The position numbers were made by a program, and so were the translations under genes. Source: Isurus oxyrinchus (Eukaryota). From it: a stretch of DNA of 64,000 nucleotides. The notes beneath the pieces were generated by a model. It had not been told where the DNA came from and ran no database searches. It saw only the letters and a program-made list of their open reading frames with translations. The DNA lies in assembly GCA_026770705.1 (NCBI GenBank), contig JANJGN010000151.1, positions 248,001 through 312,000 of the forward strand. Direction: 5' to 3'. How positions within the stretch are numbered: position 1 is the first letter of the stretch; each line of letters opens with the position of its first letter. This document shows, piece by piece, positions 37,517 to 49,309 of the stretch.

Positions 37517-38132
37517 GTAAGGAATACAAACCGTGGAAGCAATAGAGCATTCTGCTCTGCGATGTTAATCAAATCAGGAATTTATTGGAGTTAGTAGAAA
37601 GCACAGAACAACTTCTAATTTACTATCATATAGTTGGTGTTTCATTCCAATGTAAGTGCTGCATTCGGATTATTCACCATTCAGGATTTGATCACATCAC
37701 GTCTCTGCATTGACGTCATAGAGTGAGTGAGGTGGACTTGATATCAGCTTTATCTTGAGTCAGCTGATCATATTTGGAGAGGCAGAAGGTGTCTGGAACC
37801 CTTCACTGGTAACAGCTTCGAGATAGAGTGTTGGAAAGTGCTATTTATAAAACAGCTTTCAGTCCTGCATTCCAGGGCCCATGAATGATACATTTGTATT
37901 GGGACTGGGGCAACGCAGATTCATGAGAATGTTACCGGGGCTGAACGACTTAAATTTTGAGAACAATGTACACAGACCAAGCTGGTTTTCCATTGTGTAA
38001 AGAAGATTAAAAACGATAGTTAGAGGTTGATATGTCCAAGGTGATTTATTCTCCTTCAGAGAGTGAAAGCTGAATACTGCTGTCCTGCTCCTGAAGGTGA
38101 AACTTTGGTTGATTTTCATTTCTGTCTCACAG

Positions 38133-38444
38133 GTGATCACCAATGCCACAACGATCCCACAATTACTCTATTGCCACCTCCAATAGAACAAGTCTTACTG
38201 GAAGCGACCGTGACCTTAACCTGCATCGTTTCTAATGCTCCTTATGGAGTCCTCGTGTCCTGGACACAAGAGAAGAAGCCTTTGAAATCAGAAATCGCCG
38301 TCCAACCTGGAGAGGATCCCAACAGCGTGGTCAGCAACGTAAACATCTCGACACAAGCCTGGCTGAGTGGGGCTGAGTTCTACTGCGTGGTGAGCCATCA
38401 GGATCTGCCGACTCCTTTAAGAAGTTCCATCCACAAGGAACCAG
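38133..38444 (+). CDS. IGHM: IgM constant exon CH3
   Basis: CACAG| acceptor; [34 protein letters not shown]; ends G|GTGAG; 312 nt. Confidence 0.97.
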
Positions 38445-39148
38445 GTGAGCGGTGAGATTGAAGCAATAAGTTGTTCGATGTGTCTATTTCCAGTGTAAGT
38501 GTAAGGATCAATATTTACTATTCATTGTATTCATGGTCTACTCTGATTAGCAATTTCGCCAACTAAACGCCCTGGGCCTGTGGACTTTCAGGGGGAAATT
38601 GATAAGTAGATGAATGAACAATGAATTGAAGGTTGTGCCATTGGGTTTAGATGAAGCAAGATGGGAGGATCCTGGTGCGAAGCTAAAACACCAACATGGA
38701 CCAGTTGGGCAGAATGGCCTGTTTCTGTGCTGTAAACTTTGAGAAACTTTCTCGTCCAACTCCAGGGAAAAGGATTGTGCCACCTCTGCTCCGAGCTGGA
38801 AAGCCGGACAGATCCCAAAGTATTTTATTTATTAATTCATGGGATGTGGGTGTCGCTGGCTGGGCCAGAGTTATTGCCCATCCCTAATTGCCCTTGACAA
38901 GGTGGTGGTGAGCTGCCTTCTTGAATCGCTGCAGTCCATGTGGTGTAGATACACCCGCAGTGCTGTTAGGGAGGGTGTTCCAGGATTTTGATTCAGCTAT
39001 AGTGAAGAATCAGTGATATATTTCCTAGAAGTGGATAATGAAAAACCTTAATATTCATCACAAAACACGTTTCTCTCACATCTAACCAGCCATTTCATTG
39101 TCTACGAAAGTATGCAGCTTATTGACATTTATTGTACATTTTCTGCAG

Positions 39149-39540
39149 TTAAAGACCCGCGGGAACCTTCCGTGTCTGTCCTCCTGCCCTCGGCAGAAGA
39201 TGTCTCCGCTCAGAGGTCCGTCTCCCTCAGCTGCTTAGTGAGAGGTTTCTCCCCCCGAGAGATCTTCGTCAAGTGGACCGTCAATGACAAGCCAGTGGCT
39301 CCCGGAAACTACAAGAACACCGAGGTAGTGGCAGAGAACGGCAATCGCTCCTTCTTCATGTACAGCCTGTTATCCATTGCAGCGGAGGAGTGGGCCAGCG
39401 GCGCTTCTTACTCCTGTGTGGTGGGACATGAAGCGATCCCCTTGAAGATCATCAACAGAACGGTTGATAAATCCAGCGGTAAACCGAGTTTTGTGAACAT
39501 TTCCCTTGCACTGATGGACACCGTTAATTCATGTCAATGA
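39149..39540 (+). CDS. IGHM: IgM constant exon CH4 plus secretory tailpiece (internal donor after 39478)
   Basis: TGCAG| acceptor; [33 protein letters not shown]|[19 protein letters not shown] with NIS glycan site and penultimate Cys. Confidence 0.98.
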
Positions 39541-39567
39541 GAATCTCTCGGTTACATTTCAAACTAC

Positions 39568-39583
39568 AATAAAAAATAATAAA
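39568..39583 (+). terminator. Secretory-form polyadenylation signals
   Basis: AATAAA at 39568 and 39578, followed by a T/GT-rich stretch. Confidence 0.85.
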
Positions 39584-39984
39584 GTCCTTTTCTCCAATCG
39601 TGATTTAAATGCACAATCATTTAATTAATGTTGTTTTCCACTTCTGATCATTTTAGATGTGTTTTGTTAAAATCGGATACTCACAGGGCTCATACCCAAG
39701 TCATGTACATCCAGTGCTCCCAGCTCAGATACACCCTGGGTTAGAGACAGAGTAAAGTTCATTCATTACAGAATTCTGCAAAATAGCTTCACCAGCTCTC
39801 CTCCCGCTGAGGAGAAATCTGACAATTTCTCATTTCTGAGAAAACAAACACAGCACATTTAGATCTCGGTGTTCCTGCCTCTTTTGTCCTCCATCCCTTT
39901 AAAATGGATGCCAGCTTTAAGCTTCTGCACCACACTCACTGGGAACTGAAGTGAGGGTCACGCAGAAATATGTCCCAACAATCC

Positions 39985-40640
39985 CCCACCAGAGAGAGGG
40001 GGAAGGGAAATTGTTACCCCACTGTACCTCCACCTCCCCAACAGAGAGAGGGGGAGTGGAAATTGTTAACCCACTGTACCTCCACCTCCTCAACAGAGAG
40101 AGGGGGAGTGGAAATTGCTAACCCACTGTACCCCGACTTCGCCAACAGAGAGAGGGGAGGGGAAATTGTTAACCCACTGTACCTCGACTTCTCCAACAGA
40201 GAGAGGGGAAGGGAAATTGTTAACCCAATGTACCCCCACTTCCCCAACAGAGAGAGGGGAAGGGGACATTGTTAAAGCACTGTAACTCGACTTCTCCAAC
40301 AGAGAGAGGGGAGGGGAAATTGTTAACCCAATGTACCCCCACTTCCCCAACAGAGAGAGGGGAAGGGGACATTGTTAAACCACTGCACCTTCACTTCCAC
40401 AACAACAGGTGGGGGGGGGGGGAATTATTTAACCACTGTACCCCCACTTTCCCAACAGAGAGAGGGGAAGGCAAACTGGTAACCCACTGTACCTCCACTT
40501 ACCCGGCAGAGAAAACTGAAAGGAAAATTTTAAGCCAATTTTACCTCCACTTGCTAAACAAAAAGACGAGGAAGTTCATCGGTTAACCCGGTGTGTCTCC
40601 ACCTTCTCAGCAGAGAGAATCGAAAGGGAAATTGCTTAGA
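39985..40640 (+). repeat. 51-52-bp minisatellite
   Basis: CCCCAACAGAGAGAGGGGAGGGGAAATTGTTAACCCACTGTACCTCCACTT, about 11-12 copies. Confidence 0.93.
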
Positions 40641-41117
40641 CAACCAGACAGAGCAAAACTATTAACTCACAGGACACTCAGGCCCCAAGCAGAGAATCTG
40701 GAAGAGAATGGGTCTCTATTATAAAGACTCAGTTACCAACAGTCGAAGTCAGCTTCTAGCTTACTGGCCACAGATTTTAAACTCCCATCATGCTTTGGAT
40801 GTTGTAAAAACATCTATTTGTGCAACATAACTTGAAGATGTTTTAACACTCTTGTCCCTGTTAAGCTTATGCTAAGATTGATTTCCCATCATCCAAATCT
40901 AAATTGGTGATTGAATCCTCCTTGGGTTGTTCAAGGTTCTGTCCCTGAATTTTTATTAGGCACATGGTTGATTGTTTGCATTCGTTCATCTGATATCACC
41001 TTGCATCTCACAGAAAACATGTTTATACACAGAACATTGAAAATATTCACCAAATTTTTCACCATCAAGTTCAGACTCGATCATTGGTACCTGGTGAAAT
41101 TTGGAAAAATAGTAAAA

Positions 41118-42135
41118 ATACACACAACTGATACAAATTGACAGACACAAACATGCGTACACACACACACATAGGCACAGACACACAGACACAAACACAC
41201 ACAGGTACAAGCAGACACATGTACACCCACACATGCGCACCCACACAAACACAGGCAGAAACACATAGACAAATACACACGCACAAACACACACATTCAC
41301 AAATACACACACATACAGGAATACACACACAGACACACTCGCTCACACACATATACACAATCACACACACACAAACAGATAAAACCAGACAAGCAGACTC
41401 ATACAAGGATACAAAGCACAAATGTAACTTTTCGCATATGCATTATCACATGTTCACAATGACAGAAATACAGACAGAAAGACACACACTATCGTACACA
41501 TTAAAACAATGCATGGACATACATTAACACATGCACACACATGAGCAGACGACACCCAGATACAAAAACACAGAGGAACCGACTAACACATTCACAGACA
41601 CCCATGTGGACACAAACATGAACATACTCATACACAGTAGAACACAAAAAACACACGTTGGTACATATGAAAACATAAACACGCATTGATACATAGTTCT
41701 AAATATCAATCAACACACAAATGCACACATTAAAAACTTTATCTCTCTCTCGCTGTGTCATACACACACACACACACGCACACATACACACACACAGACC
41801 CTGTGACACAGACTTTAAAATGCTGACACACAGTGGAACACAAAAAGAAACATTAACACTCACATTAGCAGGCAGGAATGCGTAAACACACATTAACACA
41901 GACAGTAATAAGTCAACATAGACATCATTACACAAACACACGCAATAACACACTCATACATACACATTGGCAGAAAAACCAAATATACGTACAGATGCAG
42001 ACACAAAAATACACAAATCAGCACTCATTGGCACATGAACACACACATTAACACCGATGGACACACAATCAACCAGTAATGCAAAGTGCGAGATACTCAT
42101 GCAGATACACACAAAAGCTAAAGCACAACACAGAG
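41118..42135 (+). repeat. Degenerate (CA)n array
   Basis: ACACAC/ACAGAC low-complexity sequence. Confidence 0.9.
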
Positions 42136-42673
42136 GCCAGGCTATTGAATAAAGTATAATTCAAATGTACTTTTTTAATGGGCATATCCTCTGGCAATTG
42201 TCTCTATTACATAATAACCCAATAAACACACTGAAACAATGCTCTTACTGAGAAACTGATTTAAATTAATGATGCACCAAACATTCCCATATCACAAATA
42301 GACAATCAAGATGGGAACTCACATCCGAGCTTTTAAAAAGCAACGTTCACAGTTTCCAAATAAGTAGCTCAGTGAATCTTTCCCGATACCCATCATAATA
42401 TTCTCCAATAATAGATCATACGAAATTGTTCGAAAATAACCTGATACTGGAGAAAATTTGCAATTTTTTCCGACATGGACTGTACAAAGATTGTAAAGGG
42501 AGAATAGCTGTAGAGATAGTTACAGAGATGGGTTACTGAGTGTCCCTTAATAGTAGATATACCTTGAACATTGAATACATTAATAACTTATGAAAGAGTA
42601 AAGGAATTTTTTTTAAATGATACCCTAGATTAATAAACAACCTAATTATATTTCCTCGGCTTTATCCCCGTAG

Positions 42674-42801
42674 ATTCCACAGACCGCATCTGGATTGAAG
42701 ACTCTGAGGATGATAACGGCAACATCTGGACAACCGCTTCCACATTCATCATCCTATTCTTCCTGAGCATTTTCTACAGCACTGCCGTCACTCTGGCAAA
42801 G
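42674..42801 (+). CDS. IGHM: IgM transmembrane exon TM1
   Basis: Not in the ORF track. CGTAG| acceptor; DSTDRIWIEDSEDDNGNIWTTASTFIILFFLSIFYSTAVTLAK|GTGAG, with the CART motif (W-T-T-F-LF-LS-YST-VT). Confidence 0.96.
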
Positions 42802-42939
42802 GTGAGAAGATTCAATCCACTCACACTTCAAACTGACAGAAGCGGTTTGAAAAATCTCTCAATGTTTCATTGATTAGAACTCTAGCATAAATGTCCCAGA
42901 TTATAAACATCTGCTTCATTATTTCATCCTCTTTTACAG

Positions 42940-42948
42940 ATCAAGTGA
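42940..42948 (+). CDS. IGHM: IgM transmembrane exon TM2 (IK-stop)
   Basis: TTTTACAG|ATC AAG TGA, phase 0, matching the TM1 donor. Confidence 0.92.
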   Translation: MK

Positions 42949-43363
42949 CCGATTGAATTTTGGACACCGTAGATTTTCCTCAGCTCTTTATTGAGACCTC
43001 TGTATTCCGAACTTAAAATATATCCTCTCGGTGACGGTAAAGATGAAATACCTTCAGTTTATGTTTCCGAATTTGTAACTGAGACAATTATGAACGGTAT
43101 TTCCGTTTCTCTGTTTCAAATGTGCGAGATAATTATGATTCATTGCAACAGCAGCTAATAATTTCCAAGTAGTTTGAATTCCCTGTGTAAATAAGTAACT
43201 TTTCTCATTCCTCATTCACAATTAATCCCTTCCCTTGATATTGAGCTCCTGTTTTCTCTTTCTGGTGTCTGTTACAGTTGTACACAAAGTTGGCAGCTCA
43301 GAGCGAATGTGCTCTGTTCTCAATGTGACTCTCAGTGATTATATTCATTTCAGTTAACTTTAA

Positions 43364-43405
43364 AATAAACTTTTCTGTAAAATGTTCCCTGAAATTGTTA
43401 ATAAA
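43364..43405 (+). terminator. Membrane-form polyadenylation signals
   Basis: AATAAA at 43364 and 43400, about 420-450 nt after the TM2 stop. Confidence 0.7.
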
Positions 43406-44631
43406 TCATGAATGTGAAACGAACTGACTTTGCTGAACTTTCTCTCAGACCCATCGACATCGCTCCATTTTCCCTATTACAGTGTTTCCCCCCCACCCCC
43501 CCACTCCCCACCCCCCCTTTCCCAGGCACGCATTTTTAACCAGACTTGTCTGGGATCTGAAACAAAAACAGAAAATGTTGGAAAAACTCAGCAGGTCTCA
43601 CAGCATCTGTGGAGACAAAAAACTGAGTTTACGTTTCGAGTCCTCATGACTTCTTCAGAGCCCGAGATCCTTCAGTGAAAGAGTCATCGCGCCACCCAGC
43701 GACCCATCGGTGTTAATACACCTTTACCTCTGCCTTTTTATGGCAAATTCCAGAGGCAGAATGATTGCACAGCGAGGAGAATCTCGGTGATTTCACTCAT
43801 ACTCAGGCCTGTCACAGTCACATGTCAGGTAATTGTAAACAGCAGGGGCTGTTCATCAGAGGCCCATACAGGACAGTATAGGGAGGATGAAAGTTTCCTT
43901 TACACTGTCCCATTAATCACTCCCAGCGTCGGCGCAGCAGGATTTAGATAGAGAGAAAAAGTTTTGTTTTTCCCTCTTTATCCTTTCATGAGATATGGGT
44001 GTCGCTGGCAAGGCTGCTCTGAACAGTCCGCCTTCCGAGGCCATTTCAGAGGGTAGTTAACTGTCAACCGCATTGCTGTGGACCTGGAATCACATGTCGG
44101 CCAGGCCAGATGAAGATGACAGATTTCCTCCCCGAAAGGACTTGAGTGCAGCAGATGGGTTTTTACGACAATCGGTGATAGTTGTCATGGTCACCATCAC
44201 TGAGGCCAGTTTTCAATTCCAGATTTTATTAATTGAACTCACATTCCAGCAGCTGCCATGTTGGGATTTGAACCCCAGCCCCGAGAGCATTCGCCTGGAC
44301 TCTCTCTACCTTGTCCGATTAAATACTCACAAGGCAGAACGTCACAGGCCGCCTTCTCAAGTCTATTAGGGATGGGCAATAAATGCTGGCCCAGACAGCC
44401 ACACCCGCATTGCATAAACGAATAACAAAAAAATACATATATACTACAGACGGTACAGTTGATACAAACCATTGGATGATTCCTAGAGACTAGGGCCGAT
44501 CTGACACAGAAACATTATCGAAGAGTAATTCTGCAAAATTATTACTACAGTTTGGGGCTTATCAGGGACACCAGGGAGCACAAATCGTGGAAATTCCCAG
44601 GCCCTGCGGCCTGCCCGACGCAACAAACAAA

Positions 44632-45080
44632 TGAATTCACTAAGCATTGCCCCAGGGATCCTCTCTTCCTGTTCCATTCCATCTGACACCATTCTCCTGG
44701 ACTCACTGAGCATCACCCCAGGGATCCTCTCTCCCTGCTCCATTCCCTCTGATACCATCCTCCTGAACTCACTGAACATCGCCCCAGGGATCCTCTCTCC
44801 CGGCTTCATTCTCTCTGATACCATCCTCCTGAACATCGCCCCAGGGATCCTCTCTCCCAGCTCCATTCCCTCTGATACCATCCCCCTGAACTCACTGAAC
44901 ATCACCCCAGGGATCCTCTCTCCCTGCTCCATTCCCTCTGATACCATCCTCCTGAACTCACCGAACATCACCCCAGGGATCCTCTCTCCCGGCTCCATTC
45001 CCTCTGATACCATCCTCCTGAACTCGCTGAACTTCGCCCCAGGGATCCTCCCTTCCTGCTCCATTCCCTCTGATACCAGC
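44632..45080 (+). repeat. 66-bp minisatellite, about 7 copies
   Basis: CCCCAGGGATCCTCTCTCCCTGCTCCATTCCCTCTGATACCATCCTCCTGAACTCACTGAACATCA; one unit is 9 nt shorter. Confidence 0.95.
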
Positions 45081-45202
45081 TCTGATGGGAAGCTTCAACT
45101 CTCACTCCACTGATTCTGGCAGAGGCTGTTATGCATTTTCAGTTTTAAACCAATAAAAAGAACTCTCTGTTTAAGCAGTGTGACATGAGCAAAGAACCCT
45201 CA

Positions 45203-45274
45203 TTCCCAAACCAGAAATGTAATCCGGGCCGCAGCGTTGAAAGGGCTGAATTCTAACCACATGGTCACCAGGGA
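45203..45274 (-). pseudogene. tRNA-Glu(TTC) pseudogene
   Basis: Reverse complement TCCCTGGTGACCATGTGGTTAGAATTCAGCCCTTTCAACGCTGCGGCCCGGATTACATTTCTGGTTTGGGAA is colinear with vertebrate tRNA-Glu; T-loop/box B mutated. Confidence 0.85.
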
Positions 45275-45714
45275 CATTATCCTTGTGTTTTGATAAATGA
45301 TACTTTTGCCTTTTATTTTCATTTCAGACTGCTTTATCCAGAGACAAAATGGCCTATTCAGGCAACTAAACAACCATTGCCATTGGCTGGAACATGAAAT
45401 TGACAGTGTGGTGAAATAGTGCCAAAAGCGGTGAATTGCAAAATTCAATTTTCAAAACCCACCAATCTAATCGCTGCGGCTCCTGTGCAACTTGCAAGGC
45501 AACACACGACAGACATTCATCACTGTAAGTAATTGACCGACATAAAAGTTTTCCACTTTCATGTTACATCTTCTAACTCCTAACCTCCACCTCAGTCATT
45601 TCCAGTTCTATTTAATACCCACGTGGAACTTTAACTCTGCTCCTCGTTCCACAGATTTTGGCCGACTTGCTATGCATTTTATATTATAATAAAGCCAGGA
45701 ATTTGTGCTCTAAT

Positions 45715-46600
45715 AAAAACAGGGGTGCTGAAGTTCCCAGCAGGTCTGGCAGCATCTGTGGAGACAGAAACAGGTTGAATGTTTTCAGGCCATATGGCTC
45801 TTCTTCAGAACTGAAGGGAGATAGAAATGTGATGGATTTTATGCTGCTGACGGGGCGGGGTGGGGGTGGGGGGGGGGGGGTGGTTTAGAAAATGGAGCAA
45901 AAATGTTCAGGGATAGGTTGGAGGTCAGGAGAGATTAAATGACAAAGATATCATGGAACACAAGTCAAAGGCAAAGGGAATGATATTATTAATTATGAAA
46001 GCAGGTGTTAATATTTAGACAAAGGTCAGCACTGACTGGAAGCAAAATAGCAGAATGTGTTAATAGCAGAAAAAGGGTCGGCGCTGTCTGAAAGCAAAAC
46101 ATGAGAACAAGATGCAAACTGGCACTTGGGGGTTGGGAGGCTGCAGGGAAATTAAAATGGAGGATGGAGTTCATGGTGTGAATCTGTTGACCTCAATGTT
46201 GAGTCCAGAAGGCTGTAGAGTGCCTATTGAGAAGATGAGGTGCTGTTCCTCCAGTTTGCATTGAGCTTCACTGGAACATTGTAGAAAGGCGAGGACAGAA
46301 ATGTGAGTGTGAGCCAGATGGTGACGGGCAAGTCTGGGTTATGCTTGTGGACTGAGTGAAAGTGTTCCACAAAGTGGACAGTCAGTCTGTGTTTACTCTC
46401 CCCAGTGTAGAGGAGACCACCTTGAGGGCAGTGAATGCAGCAGCCTGAATTGCATGAAGTGCAAATAAATCTCTGCTTCATCTGGAAGGAGAGTTTGGGA
46501 CCTTGGAGGGAGGTGGGAGGAGGTAAAGGGACAGGTGTTACACCTCCTGCAATTGCATGGGAAGGTGCCGTGGGAAGGGGATGAGATGTTGGGGGTGATA
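45715..46600 (-). mobile_element. Penelope-like element fragment (GIY-YIG)
   Basis: CNCRRCNTCPF and CIHCPQGGLLYTGESKHRL..HFVEH; terminal repeat at about 45715-45830. Confidence 0.8.
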
Positions 46601-46648
46601 GTGTTTTTTGGATCAGAAATTGGTTTCTGGTTGTGATATTTTGCACAA

Positions 46649-46714
46649 CAGCGAGACCGGGAATCAAACCTGGGCGATGAAAGCACCGAATCCTAACCAC
46701 CAGGTCACCAGGGT
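46649..46714 (-). pseudogene. tRNA-Glu(TTC) pseudogene with internal deletion
   Basis: Reverse complement CCCTGGTGACCTGGTGGTTAGGATTCGGTGCTTTCATCGCCCAGGTTTGATTCCCGGTC; variable arm deleted and acceptor stem broken. Confidence 0.8.
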
Positions 46715-47282
46715 GCTTGTGAATCATCCTGTTTAGAGAATTCAGCTGTCAACCAGAACATTGGTGGTTTGACACCATCTAGGGCCAGTAGATTCTCTCT
46801 ATTCCTGCTTCTACTTATATTACAGACACAGTTCTGCTTTTAGTCCTTTGGTTACAAGGAAATGTTGCCCTAACTTTTCCAGCCCTGCTGTTATCCAGTA
46901 AGTTCCCAGGCAAATAGTTATATGAATTTTTATTTCAAAGAAAATTAGATAAATTAGAGCAAACATGTGCATAACATCCAACTCGTTGGGTTCAAAGCAA
47001 CAAATATAAATTGATACAGAAACAAAAATAGCTGGAAAAACTCAGCGGGTCTGACAGCATCTGCGGAGAGGAACACAGTTGACGTTTCGAGTCCGGATGA
47101 CTCTTTGAATAGACTCTCAAATAGAAATTGATTCTGTGATTGCACATATAGAACTGGAACACACCATCACACCGAGTGAATCCGTTGTCTGTTTACATGT
47201 TGCTCAGTGAAAATTTCAATCATCCTTGACTTTGTGGCATTCGGGTACTGAATCGGTAAGCAGTCTATACTCAAAAGGCATG

Positions 47283-47900
47283 TGAACATACGAATTAGGA
47301 GCAGGATTAGGCCACTCGGCCCTTCAAGCCTGTTCCGCCATTTAATAAGATCATGGCTGATCTGTTTCTAACTTCCGACCAATCCCCATGAATCTTTCAG
47401 CCTCTTGTTAAATATACCTATCTCTGCCTTAAAAAGATTCAAAGACTCTGCTTCCACTTACGACACTCTGAGAGAAAAAGAATTCTCTCATCTCTGTCTT
47501 AAATGAGCGAACCCCAATTTTTAAACAGTGACACCTATTTCCAGATTCTCCCACAAGAGGAAAGATCCTCTTCACACCCACCCTGTCAAAACCCCTAAGG
47601 ATCTGAAAGATTTCGATCAAGTCACCTCTTAGCTTTCTAAATTCCAGCAGATACAGGCCTAGCCTGTCCACCCTTTCCTCATGAGACAGCCCGCCTATCC
47701 TTGATATTAGTCCAGTAAGCCTTCCCTGAATGACTTCTAATGCATTTACATCTTTCCTTAAATAAGGAGGCCAACACTCTCCACAGTACTCCAGATATGG
47801 TCACACCGGTGTCCTGTACAACTGAACTATAACCTCCTTACTTCAATTCCCCTCACAGTGAATGATAACGTTCAATCAGCTTTCCTAATTACTTGTTGTG
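47283..47900 (-). mobile_element. CR1-like LINE 3' fragment
   Basis: DRLGLYLLEFRKLRGDLIEIFQILRGFDRV. Confidence 0.85.
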
Positions 47901-48080
47901 CCTAAATAGTTCCACTTATTTATCAAATTTTTTCAGACCTCCTGAATAGCTATGCACATGTGGAAATTATTCTCTCATGTTCCATCCCTGTTACCCTGAC
48001 ATGTCTAAATCTCTTCACAGCCGATATACTCCTCACAGCTTACATTTGCATCATTTTCATCAACTAATTTTTGTCTACAT

Positions 48081-48152
48081 GCACCAGCGAGGGTCGAACT
48101 CAGCACCCGATTTGGTAAATCCACTGTTTTAACCACTGGGTTGCCCCAACGC
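48081..48152 (-). pseudogene. Highly decayed tRNA-like relic (isotype unclear)
   Basis: 72 nt with box-A-like CAGTGGTTAAA and box-B-like GAGTTCGACCC. Confidence 0.4.
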
Positions 48153-48799
48153 AGTAAAGGTCCTCTTGCAACTTTTAAAACTACTATTATTCTCTGTACC
48201 ATTTACCATGAAGACACATAACTAAAGTGAATAAAGTTTCCGATGGTAAAAATGCGTTTATCCCTCTCAGGGAACTAAAGCACATTGACACACGCAGAGG
48301 AACACACACACACACACACACACACACCGATAGTGACAGCTGTCTAAGGAAAGAAAAATGTCCAGAAAGCAAGGATGTCACCAGATTGGCTCCGTTTTTG
48401 TTCCATTTCCAACTGCAAATTTGGTGAATGCCTGCGGATGAACAGAAATGAAAAATACTGGGAAGCATTTGAAATATTTTTTTAATAGATAATTAATTCT
48501 GTAACTCATTCTTAAAGCAGGAACAGTGAGAAATGTAAACTACTAAATGTAGTTTGCAGGTTCAATATGTAGGATTTGAACTTGTATCAGGGAACATAAA
48601 ATGGTTTCAAGCCCATTACATAAGCAACTTGCTGCCATCTACCTTTTAATGCTTTGTACATAAAGCGACAGAGTGGTTACAGCTGAGAATGAAGACATGT
48701 AGCCCCATCTATTCCTGCCTGCCCTGCAATTTCTGCTGTCTCTCCTCGATCTTTCCTCCAGAATGGAGCACTGTACACTGAACGTGCACAGGAACACAC

Positions 48800-49175
48800 A
48801 TGTGATTGAGGTGCATAAAATTATATGAGGTATAGGTAGGGTAGACAGGAAGGAGCTTTTCCCCTTAGTGGAGGGATCAATAACCAGGGGGCGTAGATTT
48901 AAGACAAGGGGAAAAAGGTTTAGAGGGGATGCAAGGAAGAATTTTTTCACCCAGAGGGTGGTGGGAATCTGGAACACACTGCCTGAAAGAGTGGTAGAGC
49001 CAGAAACCCTCAAAACGTTAAAGAAGTATTTGTATGTGCACTTGCGATGCCATGGTATACAAGGCTATGGGCCTAGTGCTGGAAAATGGGATTAGAATAT
49101 TTAGGCACTTGTTTGACGGGCACAGACTCGATGGGCCGAAGGGCCTTTTTCTGTGCTATAGGCCTCTATGACTCT
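48800..49175 (+). mobile_element. CR1-like LINE 3' end
   Basis: RKNFFTQRVVGIWNTLPERVVE plus GGGCCGAAGGGCCT tail. Confidence 0.85.
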
Positions 49176-49227
49176 ATAACTGAAGGGTTTGGCAAAATTG
49201 ATTGAAAATATGAACCGTCTGAAACTC

Positions 49228-49309
49228 TGACAATGGAGAGATTTGAACCCACGCTTCCACAAAAAGTAGAACCTAACTCCAGCATCTTGGACCACTCGGC
49301 CATGCAACC
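49228..49309 (-). pseudogene. tRNA-Leu(TAG) pseudogene
   Basis: Reverse complement GGTTGCATGGCCGAGTGGTCCAAGATGCTGGAGTTAGGTTCTAC..GCGTGGGTTCAAATCTCTCCATTGTCA; 82 nt with long variable arm and stem mismatches. Confidence 0.85.

Noticed and set aside
39985-40640. Repeated CACTGTA as an RSS array
   Set aside because: No nonamers, and the CAC-proximal end of the heptamer is not conserved in the functional orientation.
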